From Escherichia coli (GTDB lineage Bacteria; Pseudomonadota; Gammaproteobacteria; Enterobacterales; Enterobacteriaceae): a DNA stretch of 64,000 nt. The notes below the pieces were generated by a model that was not told the DNA's origin, made no database searches, and was given only the letters and a program-made list of their open reading frames with translations. The stretch's first letter is position 1. Each line of letters opens with the position of its first letter. Made by a program: the position numbers and the translations under genes. The stretch lies in the NCBI RefSeq assembly GCF_050920415.1, contig NZ_CP169309.1; one strand, written 5' to 3'. Below are positions 25,054 through 38,263 of this stretch, piece by piece.

Positions 25054-25194
25054 TTTACCTGTCGTCTTTCATGATGCAGGCCGTTAGCTGCAATTAGGCC
25101 CCCTGAGACTTATTGTTATAAGCTTCTGGGGACACTCCATTTTGCTGCCGCCCTGCAACATGAAATTTCAGGGTAAAAAAACAGGAGCTAATTT

Positions 25195-25446
25195 ATGGCC
25201 AATGTTGAAATCTATACCAAAGAAACCTGCCCGTATTGCCATCGTGCGAAAGCACTGCTGAGCAGCAAGGGTGTGAGTTTTCAGGAGTTGCCGATCGATG
25301 GCAACGCCGCTAAGCGTGAAGAGATGATCAAACGCAGCGGTCGCACCACGGTTCCCCAGATTTTTATTGACGCACAGCACATTGGCGGCTGTGATGACTT
25401 GTATGCATTGGATGCACGTGGTGGACTGGATCCCCTGCTGAAATAA
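25195..25446 (+). CDS. grxC: Glutaredoxin 3, 83 aa
   Basis: MANVEIYTKETCPYCHRAKALL... (CPYC active site). Confidence 0.95.
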   Translation: MANVEIYTKETCPYCHRAKALLSSKGVSFQELPIDGNAAKREEMIKRSGRTTVPQIFIDAQHIGGCDDLYALDARGGLDPLLK

Positions 25447-25508
25447 CGTGTGAACGTTGGCATTACATTGTGCAGTATTGAAGGACAACACTTAAGGGTT
25501 TTCTACAC

Positions 25509-25976
25509 ATGTCAGAACAAAACAACACTGAAATGACTTTCCAGATCCAACGTATTTATACCAAGGATATCTCTTTCGAAGCGCCAAACGCGCCGCACGT
25601 TTTCCAGAAAGATTGGCAGCCAGAAGTTAAACTTGATCTTGATACGGCATCTTCTCAACTGGCAGATGACGTTTACGAAGTGGTACTGCGTGTTACCGTA
25701 ACGGCATCCCTGGGCGAAGAAACTGCGTTCCTGTGCGAAGTTCAGCAGGGCGGTATTTTCTCCATCGCGGGTATCGAAGGCACCCAGATGGCACATTGCC
25801 TGGGCGCGTACTGCCCGAACATTCTGTTCCCGTATGCTCGTGAGTGCATCACCAGCATGGTATCCCGCGGTACATTCCCGCAACTGAACCTTGCGCCGGT
25901 TAACTTCGATGCGCTGTTCATGAACTATTTGCAGCAGCAGGCTGGCGAAGGTACTGAAGAACATCAGGATGCCTGA
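25509..25976 (+). CDS. secB: Protein-export chaperone SecB, 155 aa
   Basis: [33 protein letters not shown]... Confidence 0.95.
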
Positions 25977-26995
25977 TGAACCAACGTAATGCTTCAATGA
26001 CTGTGATCGGTGCCGGCTCGTACGGCACTGCTCTTGCCATCACCCTGGCAAGAAATGGCCACGAGGTTGTTCTCTGGGGCCATGACCCTGAACATATCGC
26101 GACGCTTGAACGCGACCGCTGTAACGCCGCGTTTCTCCCCGATGTGCCTTTTCCCGATACGCTCCATCTTGAAAGCGATCTCGCTACCGCACTGGCAGCC
26201 AGCCGTAATATTCTTGCCGTCGTGCCAAGCCATGTCTTTGGTGAAGTGCTGCGCCAGATTAAACCGCTGATGCGCCCTGATGCGCGTCTGGTGTGGGCGA
26301 CCAAAGGTCTGGAAGCGGAAACCGGACGTCTGTTACAGGACGTGGCGCGTGAGGCCTTAGGCGATCAAATTCCGCTGGCAGTTATCTCTGGCCCAACGTT
26401 TGCGAAAGAACTGGCGGCAGGTTTACCGACGGCCATTTCGCTGGCCTCTACCGACCAGACCTTTGCTGATGATCTCCAGCAACTGCTGCACTGCGGCAAA
26501 AGTTTCCGCGTTTACAGCAATCCGGATTTCATCGGTGTGCAGCTTGGCGGCGCGGTGAAAAACGTCATTGCCATTGGCGCGGGAATGTCCGACGGTATCG
26601 GTTTTGGTGCGAATGCGCGTACGGCGCTGATCACTCGTGGGCTGGCTGAGATGTCGCGTCTTGGCGCGGCGCTGGGGGCCGATCCTGCCACCTTTATGGG
26701 CATGGCGGGGCTGGGTGATCTGGTACTTACCTGTACCGACAACCAGTCGCGTAACCGCCGTTTTGGCATGATGCTCGGTCAGGGCATGGATGTACAAAGC
26801 GCGCAGGAGAAAATTGGTCAGGTGGTGGAAGGCTACCGCAATACGAAAGAAGTCCGCGAACTGGCGCATCGCTTCGGCGTTGAAATGCCAATAACCGAGG
26901 AAATTTATCAAGTATTATATTGCGGAAAAAACGCGCGCGAGGCAGCATTGACTTTACTAGGTCGTGCACGCAAGGACGAGCGCAGCAGCCACTAA
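25976..26995 (+). CDS. gpsA: NAD(P)H-dependent glycerol-3-phosphate dehydrogenase, 339 aa
   Basis: ...[24 protein letters not shown]... ; start overlaps secB stop. Confidence 0.95.
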   Translation: MNQRNASMTVIGAGSYGTALAITLARNGHEVVLWGHDPEHIATLERDRCNAAFLPDVPFPDTLHLESDLATALAASRNILAVVPSHVFGEVLRQIKPLMRPDARLVWATKGLEAETGRLLQDVAREALGDQIPLAVISGPTFAKELAAGLPTAISLASTDQTFADDLQQLLHCGKSFRVYSNPDFIGVQLGGAVKNVIAIGAGMSDGIGFGANARTALITRGLAEMSRLGAALGADPATFMGMAGLGDLVLTCTDNQSRNRRFGMMLGQGMDVQSAQEKIGQVVEGYRNTKEVRELAHRFGVEMPITEEIYQVLYCGKNAREAALTLLGRARKDERSSH

Positions 26996-27074
26996 ACCCA
27001 GGGAACCTTTGTTACCGCTATGACCCGGCCCGCGCAGAACGGGCCGGTCATTATCTCATCGTGTGGAGTAAGCA

Positions 27075-27896
27075 ATGTCGTGTGAAGAACTGGAAATTGT
27101 CTGGAACAATATTAAAGCTGAAGCCAGAACGCTGGCGGACTGTGAGCCAATGCTGGCCAGTTTTTACCACGCGACGCTACTCAAGCACGAAAACCTGGGC
27201 AGTGCACTGAGCTACATGCTGGCGAACAAGCTGTCATCGCCAATTATGCCTGCCATTGCTATCCGCGAAGTGGTGGAAGAAGCCTACGCCGCCGACCCGG
27301 AAATGATTGCTTCTGCGGCCTGTGATATTCAGGCAGTGCGTACCCGCGACCCTGCAGTCGATAAATACTCAACCCCATTGTTATATCTGAAAGGTTTTCA
27401 CGCCTTGCAGGCGTATCGCATCGGTCACTGGCTGTGGAATCAGGGCCGTCGCGCGCTGGCTATTTTTCTGCAAAACCAGGTATCTGTGACGTTCCAGGTG
27501 GATATTCATCCGGCGGCAAAAATTGGTCGCGGTATCATGCTCGACCACGCGACGGGCATTGTGGTGGGTGAAACTGCGGTGATTGAAAATGACGTGTCGA
27601 TTCTGCAATCCGTTACCCTTGGCGGTACGGGAAAATCTGGCGGCGACCGTCACCCGAAAATTCGTGAAGGCGTGATGATTGGCGCAGGTGCGAAAATTCT
27701 CGGTAATATTGAAGTTGGTCGCGGTGCGAAGATTGGCGCAGGTTCCGTGGTGCTGCAACCGGTACCGCCACATACCACCGCCGCTGGCGTTCCGGCACGC
27801 ATTGTCGGTAAACCAGACAGCGATAAGCCATCAATGGATATGGATCAGCATTTCAACGGCATTAACCATACGTTTGAATATGGGGATGGGATCTGA
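27075..27896 (+). CDS. cysE: Serine O-acetyltransferase, 273 aa
   Basis: Hexapeptide-repeat acyltransferase, MSCEELEIVWNNIKAEARTLADCEPMLASFYHATLLKHENL... Confidence 0.95.
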   Translation: MSCEELEIVWNNIKAEARTLADCEPMLASFYHATLLKHENLGSALSYMLANKLSSPIMPAIAIREVVEEAYAADPEMIASAACDIQAVRTRDPAVDKYSTPLLYLKGFHALQAYRIGHWLWNQGRRALAIFLQNQVSVTFQVDIHPAAKIGRGIMLDHATGIVVGETAVIENDVSILQSVTLGGTGKSGGDRHPKIREGVMIGAGAKILGNIEVGRGAKIGAGSVVLQPVPPHTTAAGVPARIVGKPDSDKPSMDMDQHFNGINHTFEYGDGI

Positions 27897-27948
27897 CGTC
27901 CTGTGATTGTGCCGGATGCGATGTAATCATCTATCCGGCATACAGTAA

Positions 27949-28422
27949 CTAATCTCTCAACACCGCTCCCGGATACCCCAGCTGCCGCCAGGCTTCATAC
28001 ACCACGACCGACACCGCATTGGACAGGTTCATGCTGCGGCTGTCCGGCACCATTGGAATGCGAATTTTTTGTTCAGCGGGCAGGGCATCGAGAATGCTCG
28101 CGGGCAGGCCGCGTGTTTCCGGGCCAAACATCAGATAGTCGCCATCCTGATAACTTACGGCGCTGTGAGCAGGCGTACCTTTCGTGGTGAGGGCAAACAG
28201 ACGCTGCGGGTTTTCAGCCTCAAGAAACGCGGCATAGTTATGATGGCGCGTAACGGCGGTAAATTCGTGGTAGTCCAGCCCCGCACGGCGCAGGCGCTTA
28301 TCGTCCCAGGCAAATCCCATCGGTTCGATGATATGCAGGCGAAAGCCGGTGTTGGCGCAAAGACGGATGATGTTGCCAGTATTTGGCGGAATTTCTGGTT
28401 CGTAAAGTACGATGTTTAGCAT
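27949..28422 (-). CDS. trmL: tRNA (cytidine/uridine-2'-O)-methyltransferase TrmL (SpoU family), 157 aa
   Basis: [34 protein letters not shown]... Confidence 0.9.
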   Translation of the reverse strand: MLNIVLYEPEIPPNTGNIIRLCANTGFRLHIIEPMGFAWDDKRLRRAGLDYHEFTAVTRHHNYAAFLEAENPQRLFALTTKGTPAHSAVSYQDGDYLMFGPETRGLPASILDALPAEQKIRIPMVPDSRSMNLSNAVSVVVYEAWRQLGYPGAVLRD

Positions 28423-28434
28423 ACTGCCCCCTTA

Positions 28435-28524
28435 GTGCGGGGGCAGGATAGCAGAAAATTGAGAAGTGGTGCGGCCTTTTCCCCTCACCCCGGCCCTCTC
28501 CCCGGAGGGGCGAGGGGGAAACGA
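28435..28524. repeat. GC-rich imperfect palindrome (REP-like) between lldD stop and trmL start; possible lld operon terminator
   Basis: ttcccctcaccccggccctctccccggaggggcgagggggaa shows extensive self-complementarity. Confidence 0.45.
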
Positions 28525-29715
28525 CTATGCGGCATTCCCTTTCGCCATCGGAGCCAGCGCCGCAGGCAACTCTTTACCCAGCCCTTGCACCAGCGAATCT
28601 TGCGTAATTTCGCTAATCGATTTCGCGCCAGTGAGCGTCATCGCCACTTTCATCTCTTTCTCTATCAGATTAAGCAGATTTGCCACGCCCGCCTGGCCCG
28701 CCGTTGCCAGCGCATACAGGAAAGCACGACCCAGCAGTACAGTATCGGCACCGAGTGCAATCATACGCACGACATCAAGCCCGTTACGAATGCCGCTATC
28801 TGCCAGAATGGCGATATCACCTTTCACCGCATCTGCAATAGCAGGCAACGCACGGGCAGAAGAGAGTACACCGTCCAGCTGGCGGCCACCGTGGTTAGAA
28901 ACCACAATGCCATCTGCGCCAAAACGTACCGCATCACGCGCATCTTCTGGGTCGAGGATCCCTTTGATCACCATCGGGCCATCCCAGAAATCGCGGATCC
29001 ACTCAAGGTCTTTCCATGAGATAGAAGGATCGAAGTTATTCCCTAGCCAGCCGATGTAATCTTCCAGTCCGGTCGGTTTGCCGAGATAAGCCGAGATATT
29101 ACCGAGATCATGCGGACGACCATTCAGGCCCACATCCCACGCCCATTGCGGATGCGTTACCGCCTGCAAGTAGCGGCGCATTGCCGCGTTCGGGCCGCTC
29201 ATTCCAGAGTGCGCATCACGGTAACGCGCACCAGGCGTTGGCATATCCACAGTGAAGACCAGAGTTGAACAGCCTGCCGCTTTTGCACGCTCCAGCGCGT
29301 TACGCATAAAGCCGCGATCGCGCAGCACATATAACTGGAACCACATCGGACGCTTGATGGCGGGGGCGACTTCTTCAATTGGGCAAACAGAAACGGTCGA
29401 GAGAGTAAACGGAATGCCATGTGCATCCGCCGCTTTTGCGGCCTGAACTTCGCCGCGTCGCGCATACATGCCACACAAACCTACCGGACCTAGCGCCACC
29501 GGCATCGACAATTTCTCATTAAACAGCGTCGTTTCCAGGCTTAAGTCGGACATGTTTTTCAGAATTCGCTGGCGCAGCGCCACCTCTGACAAATCTTCCA
29601 CGTTGCGGCGCAGGGTGTATTCAGAATATGCCCCCCCATCCATATAGTGGAACAGGAATGGCGGCAGAATGCGTTGTGCTGCGGCGCGATAATCGCTGGC
29701 TGCGGAAATAATCAT
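28525..29715 (-). CDS. lldD: L-lactate dehydrogenase (FMN-dependent), 396 aa
   Basis: [38 protein letters not shown]... alpha-hydroxy acid oxidase family. Confidence 0.95.
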
Positions 29716-30488
29716 GCGTTTTTCTCCCTCGAATTCTCATTATGGTCACCAGGCAGGCGGGTAATGCGTGCATGGCGAGCCTGATCTTCATCGAATCGTT
29801 TCATGGTGGTGTGAACAAAGCTAAGGTGCGCCATCATTGCTTTACGCGCCCCGTCAGCATCACCGGCAAAAATGGCGTCAATGACAGCCTGATGTTGTTC
29901 GGTCAGTTGTGAAAAAACCGGGGGCACCAGATACATCCGCTGACGGCTATGCTTCACTGAGGATTGCAGGACATCGAAGAAACCACGCATGGTTTGCAGC
30001 AACACAATGTTATGTGAGGCTTCGGCAATCGCCAGATGAAAACGAACGTCCGCTTGTGAGGCGAGATCCGGGTCTTCGCTGAGTGTTGCTTCAAAGCAAA
30101 GCTGAATTTTCTCTTTTTCGCCAGGCGTGGCGCGCATTGCTGCATGCCACGCGGTGCTGGCTTCTATGGCGTAGCGGGCTTCCAGAATATCGAAACTGTA
30201 ATCCGGATCATCGGCCATCAGCGTTTTCAACGGCTGGACGATGTTTTGCTCCGACCATGTGTCATGACGCCAGCGAATAAACGTCCCGCCGCCGCGTCGA
30301 CTGAGCAACACACCTTCGCTCACCAGTTTCGCCAGCGCCTCGCGCAGTGAATTTCGCGATACACCGAGTTGCATTGCCAGTTGACGTTCAGCGGGCAATT
30401 TCATGCCCGCCTCCAGGTTTTTTTCATCAATCAGCGCCCGCACACGATCGGCAACCTCGTCTGACAGGCGTCTGGGTAAAACAATCAT
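29712..30488 (-). CDS. lldR: GntR/FadR-family lactate operon regulator LldR, 258 aa from internal Met
   Basis: [52 protein letters not shown]... (wHTH). Confidence 0.9.
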
Positions 30489-32143
30489 TAAGGAATCATC
30501 CACGTTAAGACATAGGCCTGAAGCGTGGTGATCACGCCCACCATACAGGTGAAGATCAGGCTGTGTTTGACAGTAAAGCGGAACAAATCAGACTCTTTGC
30601 CCACCAGTCCTACCGCCGCACAGGCGATAGCGATAGATTGCGGAGAGATCATTTTGCCGGTGACACCACCGGTGGTGTTGGCAGCAACCAGCAACAGATC
30701 AGAAACGCCAATTTGTTGTGCGGCGGTAGCCTGCAAAGCGGCAAACAAAGCATTAGATGACGTATCCGACCCGGTCAGGAATACCCCAAGCCAGCCGAGG
30801 AACGGCGAGAAGAAGGTGAATGCATGACCGGTGTGCGCCAGTGCAAGCGCCAGTGTTGATGACAGTCCGGAATAGTTCGAAATAAAGGCGAATGCCAGCA
30901 CCATACCGATGGAGTAGATAGGCAGAGCCAGTTCTTTTAGTGTGCTGCCGAAGGTGCTGATAGCGTCAGATGGTTTCATCTTCAGCCAGACAATCGAGAG
31001 CAGGGCAGCAAACAGAATGGCGGTACCGGTAGCAGAGAACCAGTCGAACTTAAACACGGCGGCATACGCTGTCGCTTCGCTGACCACTGGCGGCATACGG
31101 GCAACCAGTTTATCGAGGTACGGCACCGGAATATTGATCACCCACTCATACAGCGCGCCACCCGATGCGAACAGGGCTTTAAACGGCGGGATACTCCACA
31201 GTGTTACGGTAGCGGTCAGGAACAGGAACGGTGTCCAGGCACGTAATACCTGACCCGCGGTGTAACCGGTGTGGGCCAGCGTCATATCAACCTGTGACGC
31301 CCCCAAATCACCAAAACGGAATACGCGCACCGGCTGCCAGCGTTTGAGGAACAGTGTCAGGCAGAGCAGCGATACCAGCGAAGAGATAATGTCTGGCAGT
31401 TCCGGCCCAATGAAGTTAGAGCTGAGGTATTGAGCGATGGCAAACGAACCGCCCGCAACCACGACCGCAGGCCAGGTTTCTTTGATACCGCGCCAGCCGT
31501 CCATAATCGCCATAATCCAGAACAGCACGATAATGGTCATAAACGGTAGCTGACGCCCCACCATCTGGCCAATCTCAAAGCTGTCGATGCCTGTTACCTG
31601 CCCGGCGACCAGAATCGGAATACCCATCGCACCAAATGCCACTGGCGCGGTGTTAACAATCAGGCACAGCCCGGCGGCGTACAGCGGTTTAAAGCCCAGA
31701 CCGACCAGCAATGCGGCGGTAATTGCTACCGGTGCGCCAAATCCTGCGGCCCCTTCGAGGAACGCGCCGAAACAGAAACCGACGATCAGCATTTGCAGGC
31801 GCTGGTCAGGGGTTATCGAAAGAATAGACGAGCGGATGATGTCAAACTGCCCGGTTTTCACCGATATCTTATAGACGAACACCGCTGCAATAATGATCCA
31901 CGCGATGGGCCACAAACCGTAGAAGAAACCATAAATCACCGAGGCTAGCGCGTTAGCGACCGGCATTTTATAGAACAGCAAAGCCACGGCAAGGGCGATT
32001 GCCACCGTCCACGAGGCGGCGACGTATCCTTTCAGTTTGAGCTTAATCAGCGCAAAGAAGAAAAACAGGATGGGAAGCGATGCTATCAGGCTGGAAAGCC
32101 AGATATTCCCGGCGGGATCATAGTTTTGTTGCCAGAGATTCAT
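30488..32143 (-). CDS. lldP: L-lactate permease, 551 aa from internal Met
   Basis: [32 protein letters not shown]...; polytopic membrane protein; first gene of lldPRD. Confidence 0.9.
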   Translation of the reverse strand: MNLWQQNYDPAGNIWLSSLIASLPILFFFFALIKLKLKGYVAASWTVAIALAVALLFYKMPVANALASVIYGFFYGLWPIAWIIIAAVFVYKISVKTGQFDIIRSSILSITPDQRLQMLIVGFCFGAFLEGAAGFGAPVAITAALLVGLGFKPLYAAGLCLIVNTAPVAFGAMGIPILVAGQVTGIDSFEIGQMVGRQLPFMTIIVLFWIMAIMDGWRGIKETWPAVVVAGGSFAIAQYLSSNFIGPELPDIISSLVSLLCLTLFLKRWQPVRVFRFGDLGASQVDMTLAHTGYTAGQVLRAWTPFLFLTATVTLWSIPPFKALFASGGALYEWVINIPVPYLDKLVARMPPVVSEATAYAAVFKFDWFSATGTAILFAALLSIVWLKMKPSDAISTFGSTLKELALPIYSIGMVLAFAFISNYSGLSSTLALALAHTGHAFTFFSPFLGWLGVFLTGSDTSSNALFAALQATAAQQIGVSDLLLVAANTTGGVTGKMISPQSIAIACAAVGLVGKESDLFRFTVKHSLIFTCMVGVITTLQAYVLTWMIP

Positions 32144-32399
32144 TGCAGGTCTCCTGCAGTCCACACACGCCGCGTGATGAGTCTGTTGCTCATCTCCGTG
32201 TCACACGTTGTGTAAAAGTGGCACTGCCAATTATGTTGTGTAGGGATAATGACAATGAATAGTTAACTAAATGTTATGCATTGGCAACATTGATGTGAGT
32301 TTTAATTGGGGAACTGTGAACCAGAGGTCAGATAAGCGAAGAATTGGTAGGGCCAATTTGGAGTGAGGTAGATGTCTGTAAAGAAAAGGGCAATTCCCA

Positions 32400-32540
32400 T
32401 CAGAGAATTGCCCTCAGATTGTTGATCTGGTACGCCTTATCTTGCCGGATGCGGCGTGAACGCCTTATCCGTCCTACAGGAATGTGCTGAATCATCCCGT
32501 AGGTCTGATAAGCGTAGCGCATCACGCAATTTGGCGTTTA
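32400..32540. repeat. REP/BIME-type extragenic palindromes downstream of the adhesin gene
   Basis: Motifs gccggatgcggcgtgaacgccttatccg and taggtctgataagcgtagcgcatcac typical of REP units. Confidence 0.7.
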
Positions 32541-32559
32541 CCCATTCTTTAATGGATCA

Positions 32560-35500
32560 TTACCACTGAATACCGGCACCGAGTGCGGCGGAGTATTCAC
32601 CCTGGCTATTGGTACTACCTTGTAATTTGTAGACCCAACGACCATTGGCGCTCACCATCGACACACCTAAAGCAACAGCCGATTCGCCGTTGTAAGTACC
32701 ACCACCAATAGAGGCCATGCTGGCTCCCGGCGTGTAAGCCTGCGGCAGACCGGTCATTGCCATTGCGGAAGCGATACCACCGCTCAGCTTGCTTTCGGTT
32801 TTGGACAGTTTGTTATCCATCTCAACCATGCGCTGATCGGTGTATTGCTTCGTTTCCTGCACACTTTGCTTCAACTGTGCATAGTTCACTGCGTCGTTGT
32901 TGTTCACGCCCGCAGAAACGTTGCTGATGCGAGTCGTACCGCCATTGCCGCCACCGAGAGTAATGTTGCTGTAGTCGATAGAGCCATCAGCTTTGGTGTC
33001 GTAGCGAACGCCACCTGCTTCGGAAGACTTCAGTTGCGAAACGTTAACCGCATCGGTGGCATTAACACCGGCAGCAACGTTGGTGATACGGCGCTGGTTG
33101 GTAGAAGAACCCACAGAGATTGTGTTTTCTTCGTTGGCCACGGAGCCTGTACCCAGAGCGACGCTGTTGTCAGCGGCAGCAATGGATCCAGAACCAATCG
33201 CCACACTGTCTTTACCCTGGGCGTTAGCATCTACGCCATCGGTGTTGGTCTTGAAGTACTTGGTGCTACCTGTGGTTACGATATCGCCAATACCGTTCTC
33301 GATATTGGTCACGCGAGTATCCAGATTCGTCACCTGATTGTTCAGGCTAGTAATGCTCTGGGTATTCTGGGAAACCTGCGCATCCGTTACTTTCAATTGA
33401 CCCACGTTGACCGCATCGGTATCCGCCGAACCAGCCGCGACGTTGGTGATCTGACGTTGACCGTCTTCGCTACCTACGGAGAATTCACCCACAGAGTTCT
33501 GCGGTGTATCCATGTTGTAGGCGGTGTAGCCAGTTTGTGCGCCACGGGTAGTTTGAGAACCATTACCCATTGCAATGCTGTTTGCATGGTTTGCACGCGC
33601 GTTGCTACCGATAGCAATACCGTTAATCGCATCTGCCAGAACTAAAGTGTTCAGGCCGATACCAATACCTGCATTACCATTAACGATGGTTTTTGCGCCC
33701 ATTGCCAGCGAGTCTTCACCGACTGCCAGTGAGTCTTCAGCCGTTGAGTTGGCGTGATAGTATTTGGTCGGCGTGGTGGCTACTGCACCAATCGCATTCT
33801 GCAACTGGCGAACCGTAACGGCATCATGGGCTTCAGAACCATCGGCAACATTGATGATTTGACGATATTTACCATCGTCACCGATCGACAATGCGCCAAG
33901 CAGTTCACCGTCAGTTGTGTCATAACCAATCACAACACCTTCTTCCGATACGCTGGTGTCACGAGAACCTTTAACTATTACACGGCTGGAAACGGAACTG
34001 CTACCCAGGGCGATACCCGTCTCAACTTCGCTGCGGCTGTCCTGACCAATGGCTACGCTGCTGGCTTTGGAAGCAACAGAGTTATAACCCACAGCGGTAG
34101 AGCCAATGCCTGCTGCGCTGGCATCGGTGAAGGTTAAACCGGTGTCATTGGTACGCACATAGTTAATACCTGCACCATTTTCTTCGATGTAGGTTTCACT
34201 GGTGTTACCGGCAAGCTGATTGATGACTTCGCTGTTCTGCTGGATCAGCATATTGGTGTTAAACAGCTGAGAACCGTTGATAGCATCGGTGCTACCTTCA
34301 CCAATGTTACCATCAGCAACGTTTGTGATAATGCTGGCCTTGCCGTCATGACTGGCGTTGTAAGCCCCTTCGCCGTTATTGGCGGTCGCATCCCACAGCA
34401 GCGCGTTCTCATCAAGCGCATCCAGAGCGTCACCGACATTGTTGTACTCGGCATTTGCAATGGTGTAAGTCGGCGCAGTGATAGCACCGTCAGCGTTAAC
34501 TTCTGCATCACCGCCCAGAGCATCAGCGATATATTTGTTAGTGGTATAGAGTTGTGAGCCGTTAATCGCGTCGCTGCTGGTGGCAGAGATTGCACCATTT
34601 GCGACGTTAGTAATCTTACTGGCAGTGTTATCTACCCCACGACCGGCGCTGAATGCACCAGCACCGTCATTGGCTGTTGCATCCCAGAGCAGGGCGTCAT
34701 CCAGCGTGGTATCGATCGCTTCCAGTGCGTCACCAACGTTGCTGTAACTGCCGCCAGCGATGGCATAAGTCGGTGCGGTGATACTGCCATCCGCATTCAC
34801 CACAGCGTTCCCGCCCAGAGCATCGGCAATGTAGTCACTAACGCCATAAAGCTGTGAACCGTTAATAGCGTCGCTACTGGTGGACGAGACTGCACCGTTT
34901 GCAATATCAGTGATTACACTGGGATCATTATTAATGCCGTGTTTGGCGCTGAATTTGCCTGCGGTTGTATCCCAGAGCAGAGCATCACCGAGAGAATCAC
35001 TAAATGAAGTGTTAATCGCAGCCAGAGCATCCCCGACGTTAGTATAGTCAGTGCCGCCAATACTATAGGTTGGCCCGGTTAATACACCTGTATCGCTAAT
35101 ATCAGCACCACCACCCAGATAGGACGTGAATGAATCAGCCAAACCGTAAAGTTGTGAGCCATTTATGGCGTCAGTGCTGTCAGAGGAGACTATGCCAGCT
35201 TGTACGTTGCTGATTTTGTTGGTGGCGTTAGTGCCGTGTGCAGCGGTGAATGCGCCTGCGGCATCGTCCCATTTCAGGGCGTCTTCACCGAGGTTAGTCA
35301 CCGTATCAGTCAGGTTAGTGATATTGGTGGTGTTAGTCGCCACGTTATCGTTAGTGGTTTTCAGCTGAGAACCGTTAACGGCGTCGGTGCTGGTGTCAGA
35401 GAGCTCGCCAGCGGTGACATTAGTGATTTTGCTGGTGACATCGGTGCCGTGTGCGGCGCTGAACGCGGTGCCATTCCACAGCAGGGCATCATCATTGAGA

Positions 35501-37536
35501 CCGTCTATGGCATTGGTCAGGTTAGTGATATTGCTGGTGTTGGTGGCGATGTTGGTGGTGTTGGTAGCGATATTGGTGGTGTTTGCCGCCACATCGTCCT
35601 TGGTCGCTTTCAGCTGAGAACCGTTAACGGCGTCGGTGCTGGTGTCAGAGAGCTCGCCAGCGGTGACGTTAGTGATTCTGTTGGTGGCGTTAGTACCGTG
35701 TGCAGCGGTGAATGCGCCTGTGGCGTCGTCCCATTTCAGGGCGTCTTCACCGAGGTTAGTCACCGTATCAGTCAGGTTAGTGATACTGGTGGTGTTGCCA
35801 GCCACTTCGCTCGTCAGGTTAGTGATGTTGGTGGTGTTAGCCGCCACATCGTCCTTGGTCGCTTTCAGCTGAGAACCGTTGACGGCGTCGGTGCTGGTGT
35901 CAGAGAGTTCGCCAGCGGTGACATTGGTGATTTTGCTGGTGACGTCGGTGCCGTGAGCGGCGCTGAACGCGGTGCCATTCCACAGCAGGGCATCATCATT
36001 GAGACTATCTACGGCATCGGTCAGGTTAGTGATATTGGTGGTGTTGCCAGCCACTTCGCTCGTCAGGTTAGTGATGTTGGTGGTGTTAGCCGCCACATCG
36101 TCCTTGGTCGCTTTCAGCTGAGAACCGTTGACGGCGTCGGTGCTGGTGGCTGAAAGGTCGCCAGCGGTAACGTTAGTGATTTTGCTGGTGGCATCTGTAC
36201 CATGTGCCGCACTATATCCCCTTTTAAGGTTGTCCCATTGTATCGTATTCGTGTTTAGATCCGCTAAGGCGTCGCCAACATTGCCATAAATACCATTTTT
36301 CAGTCTGTAATTCGGGGAAGTCACCACGCCCTGCGAATTGACGGTCGCTCCTCCACCAAGATTATCCGCTACTGACTTACTAATAGCATAAAGCTGTGAT
36401 CCATTGATGGCATCAGTACTGTCAGTGTCGATATCACCTTTTGCCATATTGACAATTTTTCGCTGAGCTGTTGTGTTACCCACGGAGACAGTATCCGCTT
36501 CAGTCGCGACAGAATCAGCACCCAGAGCAATTGAATTTTTACCTTGAGCAGTGGCCTGAGCACCAATTGCAATGCCATTTTCTAAACCGGCATAACTGCC
36601 TTGTCCAAGAGCAATGGCATTTGCCCCACCGGTAATACTCCCATTTCCCAGTGCGATTGCATTTACGCCGTCAGCTTTATTCCCCTGACCGATGGCAATG
36701 GCACCCGCAGCGATTGCCTGGCTTTGATTACCCAGAGCAATCGTATTATCGGTATTTGCAATACTCCCGTAGCCCAACGCGATACTGTTAAGCCCATTTG
36801 CCTCAGCTTTAGTACCCACTGCCGTTGCATTTTCAGCGGCTTCGGTCTCAGCGCCAACCGCAACCGCGTTTGCGGCGCTGGCAATGGACAGTCTACCTAA
36901 TGCAAGGCTGTCTTCACCACTAGCAGCACTCTCTCTACCTGCGGCAATGGAATTAGTTCCTGACGCCTTTGCCAGTCTCCCGAATGCAAGAGCATCCATA
37001 GCACTTGCTACTGTATCCTTGCCCAACGCTATGGTGCCTTCAGCTGTAGCTTGTGCAGAATTCCCCAGTGCAAGGGTATAATCGCTGGTCGCTTTAGCCG
37101 CACTGCCGATGGCGATTGAACGGCTACCCGTGGAAACCGTTGATTGCCCTAAGGCGACCGATCTTTCTCCTGACGAATTACTTGAGAAGCCAATTGCGGT
37201 ACTTCCCACCCCGGCATTAGCTCTTGCACCGACAGCAACACTCCCGCTACCCGTTGTGCCTGTACCCATTGTATCTGATGAGGCGACGGCCTCTTTACCA
37301 ATAGCAATCCAGTTATCACTCAGTGGCGTTTCGCCTGCAATTTCTTCTGCGCTTTTACCACCGTCAAGTGAAACCGAAGCATAGGCTCCAACTGATGAGA
37401 GTAACCCACCCGCAACCAGGGCAGAAATTAACAGCTTACTGCGCCCGCTCTTTTTGCCACGGCTCTTCGCCGTTTCGCTGGCAACGCTATAGCTGCCCGT
37501 CGCCGGATTCCAGATAACTTTAAATATTTTGTTCAT
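32560..37536 (-). CDS. upaG: Trimeric autotransporter adhesin (YadA-like; UpaG/EhaG-type), 1658 aa
   Basis: N-terminal extended signal peptide [18 protein letters not shown]...; long Gly/Ala/Ser/Thr/Asn-rich passenger with YadA-like head and neck repeats; C-terminal membrane anchor ...[31 protein letters not shown]. Confidence 0.85.
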   Translation of the reverse strand: MNKIFKVIWNPATGSYSVASETAKSRGKKSGRSKLLISALVAGGLLSSVGAYASVSLDGGKSAEEIAGETPLSDNWIAIGKEAVASSDTMGTGTTGSGSVAVGARANAGVGSTAIGFSSNSSGERSVALGQSTVSTGSRSIAIGSAAKATSDYTLALGNSAQATAEGTIALGKDTVASAMDALAFGRLAKASGTNSIAAGRESAASGEDSLALGRLSIASAANAVAVGAETEAAENATAVGTKAEANGLNSIALGYGSIANTDNTIALGNQSQAIAAGAIAIGQGNKADGVNAIALGNGSITGGANAIALGQGSYAGLENGIAIGAQATAQGKNSIALGADSVATEADTVSVGNTTAQRKIVNMAKGDIDTDSTDAINGSQLYAISKSVADNLGGGATVNSQGVVTSPNYRLKNGIYGNVGDALADLNTNTIQWDNLKRGYSAAHGTDATSKITNVTAGDLSATSTDAVNGSQLKATKDDVAANTTNITNLTSEVAGNTTNITNLTDAVDSLNDDALLWNGTAFSAAHGTDVTSKITNVTAGELSDTSTDAVNGSQLKATKDDVAANTTNITNLTSEVAGNTTSITNLTDTVTNLGEDALKWDDATGAFTAAHGTNATNRITNVTAGELSDTSTDAVNGSQLKATKDDVAANTTNIATNTTNIATNTSNITNLTNAIDGLNDDALLWNGTAFSAAHGTDVTSKITNVTAGELSDTSTDAVNGSQLKTTNDNVATNTTNITNLTDTVTNLGEDALKWDDAAGAFTAAHGTNATNKISNVQAGIVSSDSTDAINGSQLYGLADSFTSYLGGGADISDTGVLTGPTYSIGGTDYTNVGDALAAINTSFSDSLGDALLWDTTAGKFSAKHGINNDPSVITDIANGAVSSTSSDAINGSQLYGVSDYIADALGGNAVVNADGSITAPTYAIAGGSYSNVGDALEAIDTTLDDALLWDATANDGAGAFSAGRGVDNTASKITNVANGAISATSSDAINGSQLYTTNKYIADALGGDAEVNADGAITAPTYTIANAEYNNVGDALDALDENALLWDATANNGEGAYNASHDGKASIITNVADGNIGEGSTDAINGSQLFNTNMLIQQNSEVINQLAGNTSETYIEENGAGINYVRTNDTGLTFTDASAAGIGSTAVGYNSVASKASSVAIGQDSRSEVETGIALGSSSVSSRVIVKGSRDTSVSEEGVVIGYDTTDGELLGALSIGDDGKYRQIINVADGSEAHDAVTVRQLQNAIGAVATTPTKYYHANSTAEDSLAVGEDSLAMGAKTIVNGNAGIGIGLNTLVLADAINGIAIGSNARANHANSIAMGNGSQTTRGAQTGYTAYNMDTPQNSVGEFSVGSEDGQRQITNVAAGSADTDAVNVGQLKVTDAQVSQNTQSITSLNNQVTNLDTRVTNIENGIGDIVTTGSTKYFKTNTDGVDANAQGKDSVAIGSGSIAAADNSVALGTGSVANEENTISVGSSTNQRRITNVAAGVNATDAVNVSQLKSSEAGGVRYDTKADGSIDYSNITLGGGNGGTTRISNVSAGVNNNDAVNYAQLKQSVQETKQYTDQRMVEMDNKLSKTESKLSGGIASAMAMTGLPQAYTPGASMASIGGGTYNGESAVALGVSMVSANGRWVYKLQGSTNSQGEYSAALGAGIQW
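35150..36230 (-). repeat. In-frame tandem repeats (about 250 bp / 83 aa, roughly 4 copies) inside the adhesin passenger domain
   Basis: Protein repeat unit ...[61 protein letters not shown]... recurs; identical antisense ORFs in the track (35165, 35387, 35636) reflect the nucleotide repeats. Confidence 0.8.
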
Positions 37537-37579
37537 TATTGATGCTCTCTATTCCTTGATATAAGCGCAGAAGCTGCAT

Positions 37580-38263
37580 TTATTTTTTGTTTTTTCGCTG
37601 CCGATTTTCAGCAGGTTGAACAGTATCGAACTGAATATTGTCCATATTGATGGACAATTTCAGATACTTCAGGTTATTAGGTGAAACGCCTTTCAATGTC
37701 AGATTAATGTCTTGCCATTGACCAGGCATTAATTGCAGGGTGGAGTTCATGGTGGTGTTGAACAGTAATTGCTGCCATTTTGCCAGCGCTTTTTTATCGG
37801 TGGGTCTTTCATTGCCCCATGTAGCTTGAAAGCCAATATTTGATACGGGAACGCTTAATAGGTTGACCAGCGAAATACGAATAACGCTGCCATTTTCAAC
37901 CGCATCAATAGCCAGCACCCGGCCAGCCAAACCAACCGAGCCATTGTTTAAAATGAAGTATTTTGTTTGTGCTGGGTTAAATTCGGTGAAGACAAATTCG
38001 TCCTGTTTGTCTTTAACCGCCTTTACTACACCTGCCAGCACTTTAGTGGTGTTTGCAATATTAATCTGTTGATTTTCAACAAACTCTATCTTTCTTTTAT
38101 ATTGTTCTTGTTGTTTTTCAAGAATCTCTATTTTACTTTTTTGCAATTCTTGCTGTTTGGCAAGATCGTCGATCAGATTCGCTTTCTCAATATAGTCACA
38201 CCCAGTCAATACCCAGAGTGGCAATGTTATCAACATGCTTAATAGTGCTTTTTTGATGCTCAT
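37580..38263 (-). CDS. Predicted lipoprotein with coiled-coil segment, 227 aa, immediately upstream of and co-oriented with the adhesin gene
   Basis: Signal peptide with lipobox MSIKKALLSMLITLPLWVLTGC; Q/E/K-rich helical region; 43 bp from adhesin start. Confidence 0.6.
   Translation of the reverse strand: MSIKKALLSMLITLPLWVLTGCDYIEKANLIDDLAKQQELQKSKIEILEKQQEQYKRKIEFVENQQINIANTTKVLAGVVKAVKDKQDEFVFTEFNPAQTKYFILNNGSVGLAGRVLAIDAVENGSVIRISLVNLLSVPVSNIGFQATWGNERPTDKKALAKWQQLLFNTTMNSTLQLMPGQWQDINLTLKGVSPNNLKYLKLSINMDNIQFDTVQPAENRQRKNKK

Noticed and set aside
35200-36153. 317-aa plus-strand ORF and repeated 67-78-aa ORFs (35165, 35387, 35636)
   Set aside because: Antisense to the adhesin tandem repeats; their repetition simply mirrors the nucleotide repeats. 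Not independent genes and not a CRISPR array (the repeats are about 250 bp, coding, with no spacer structure).
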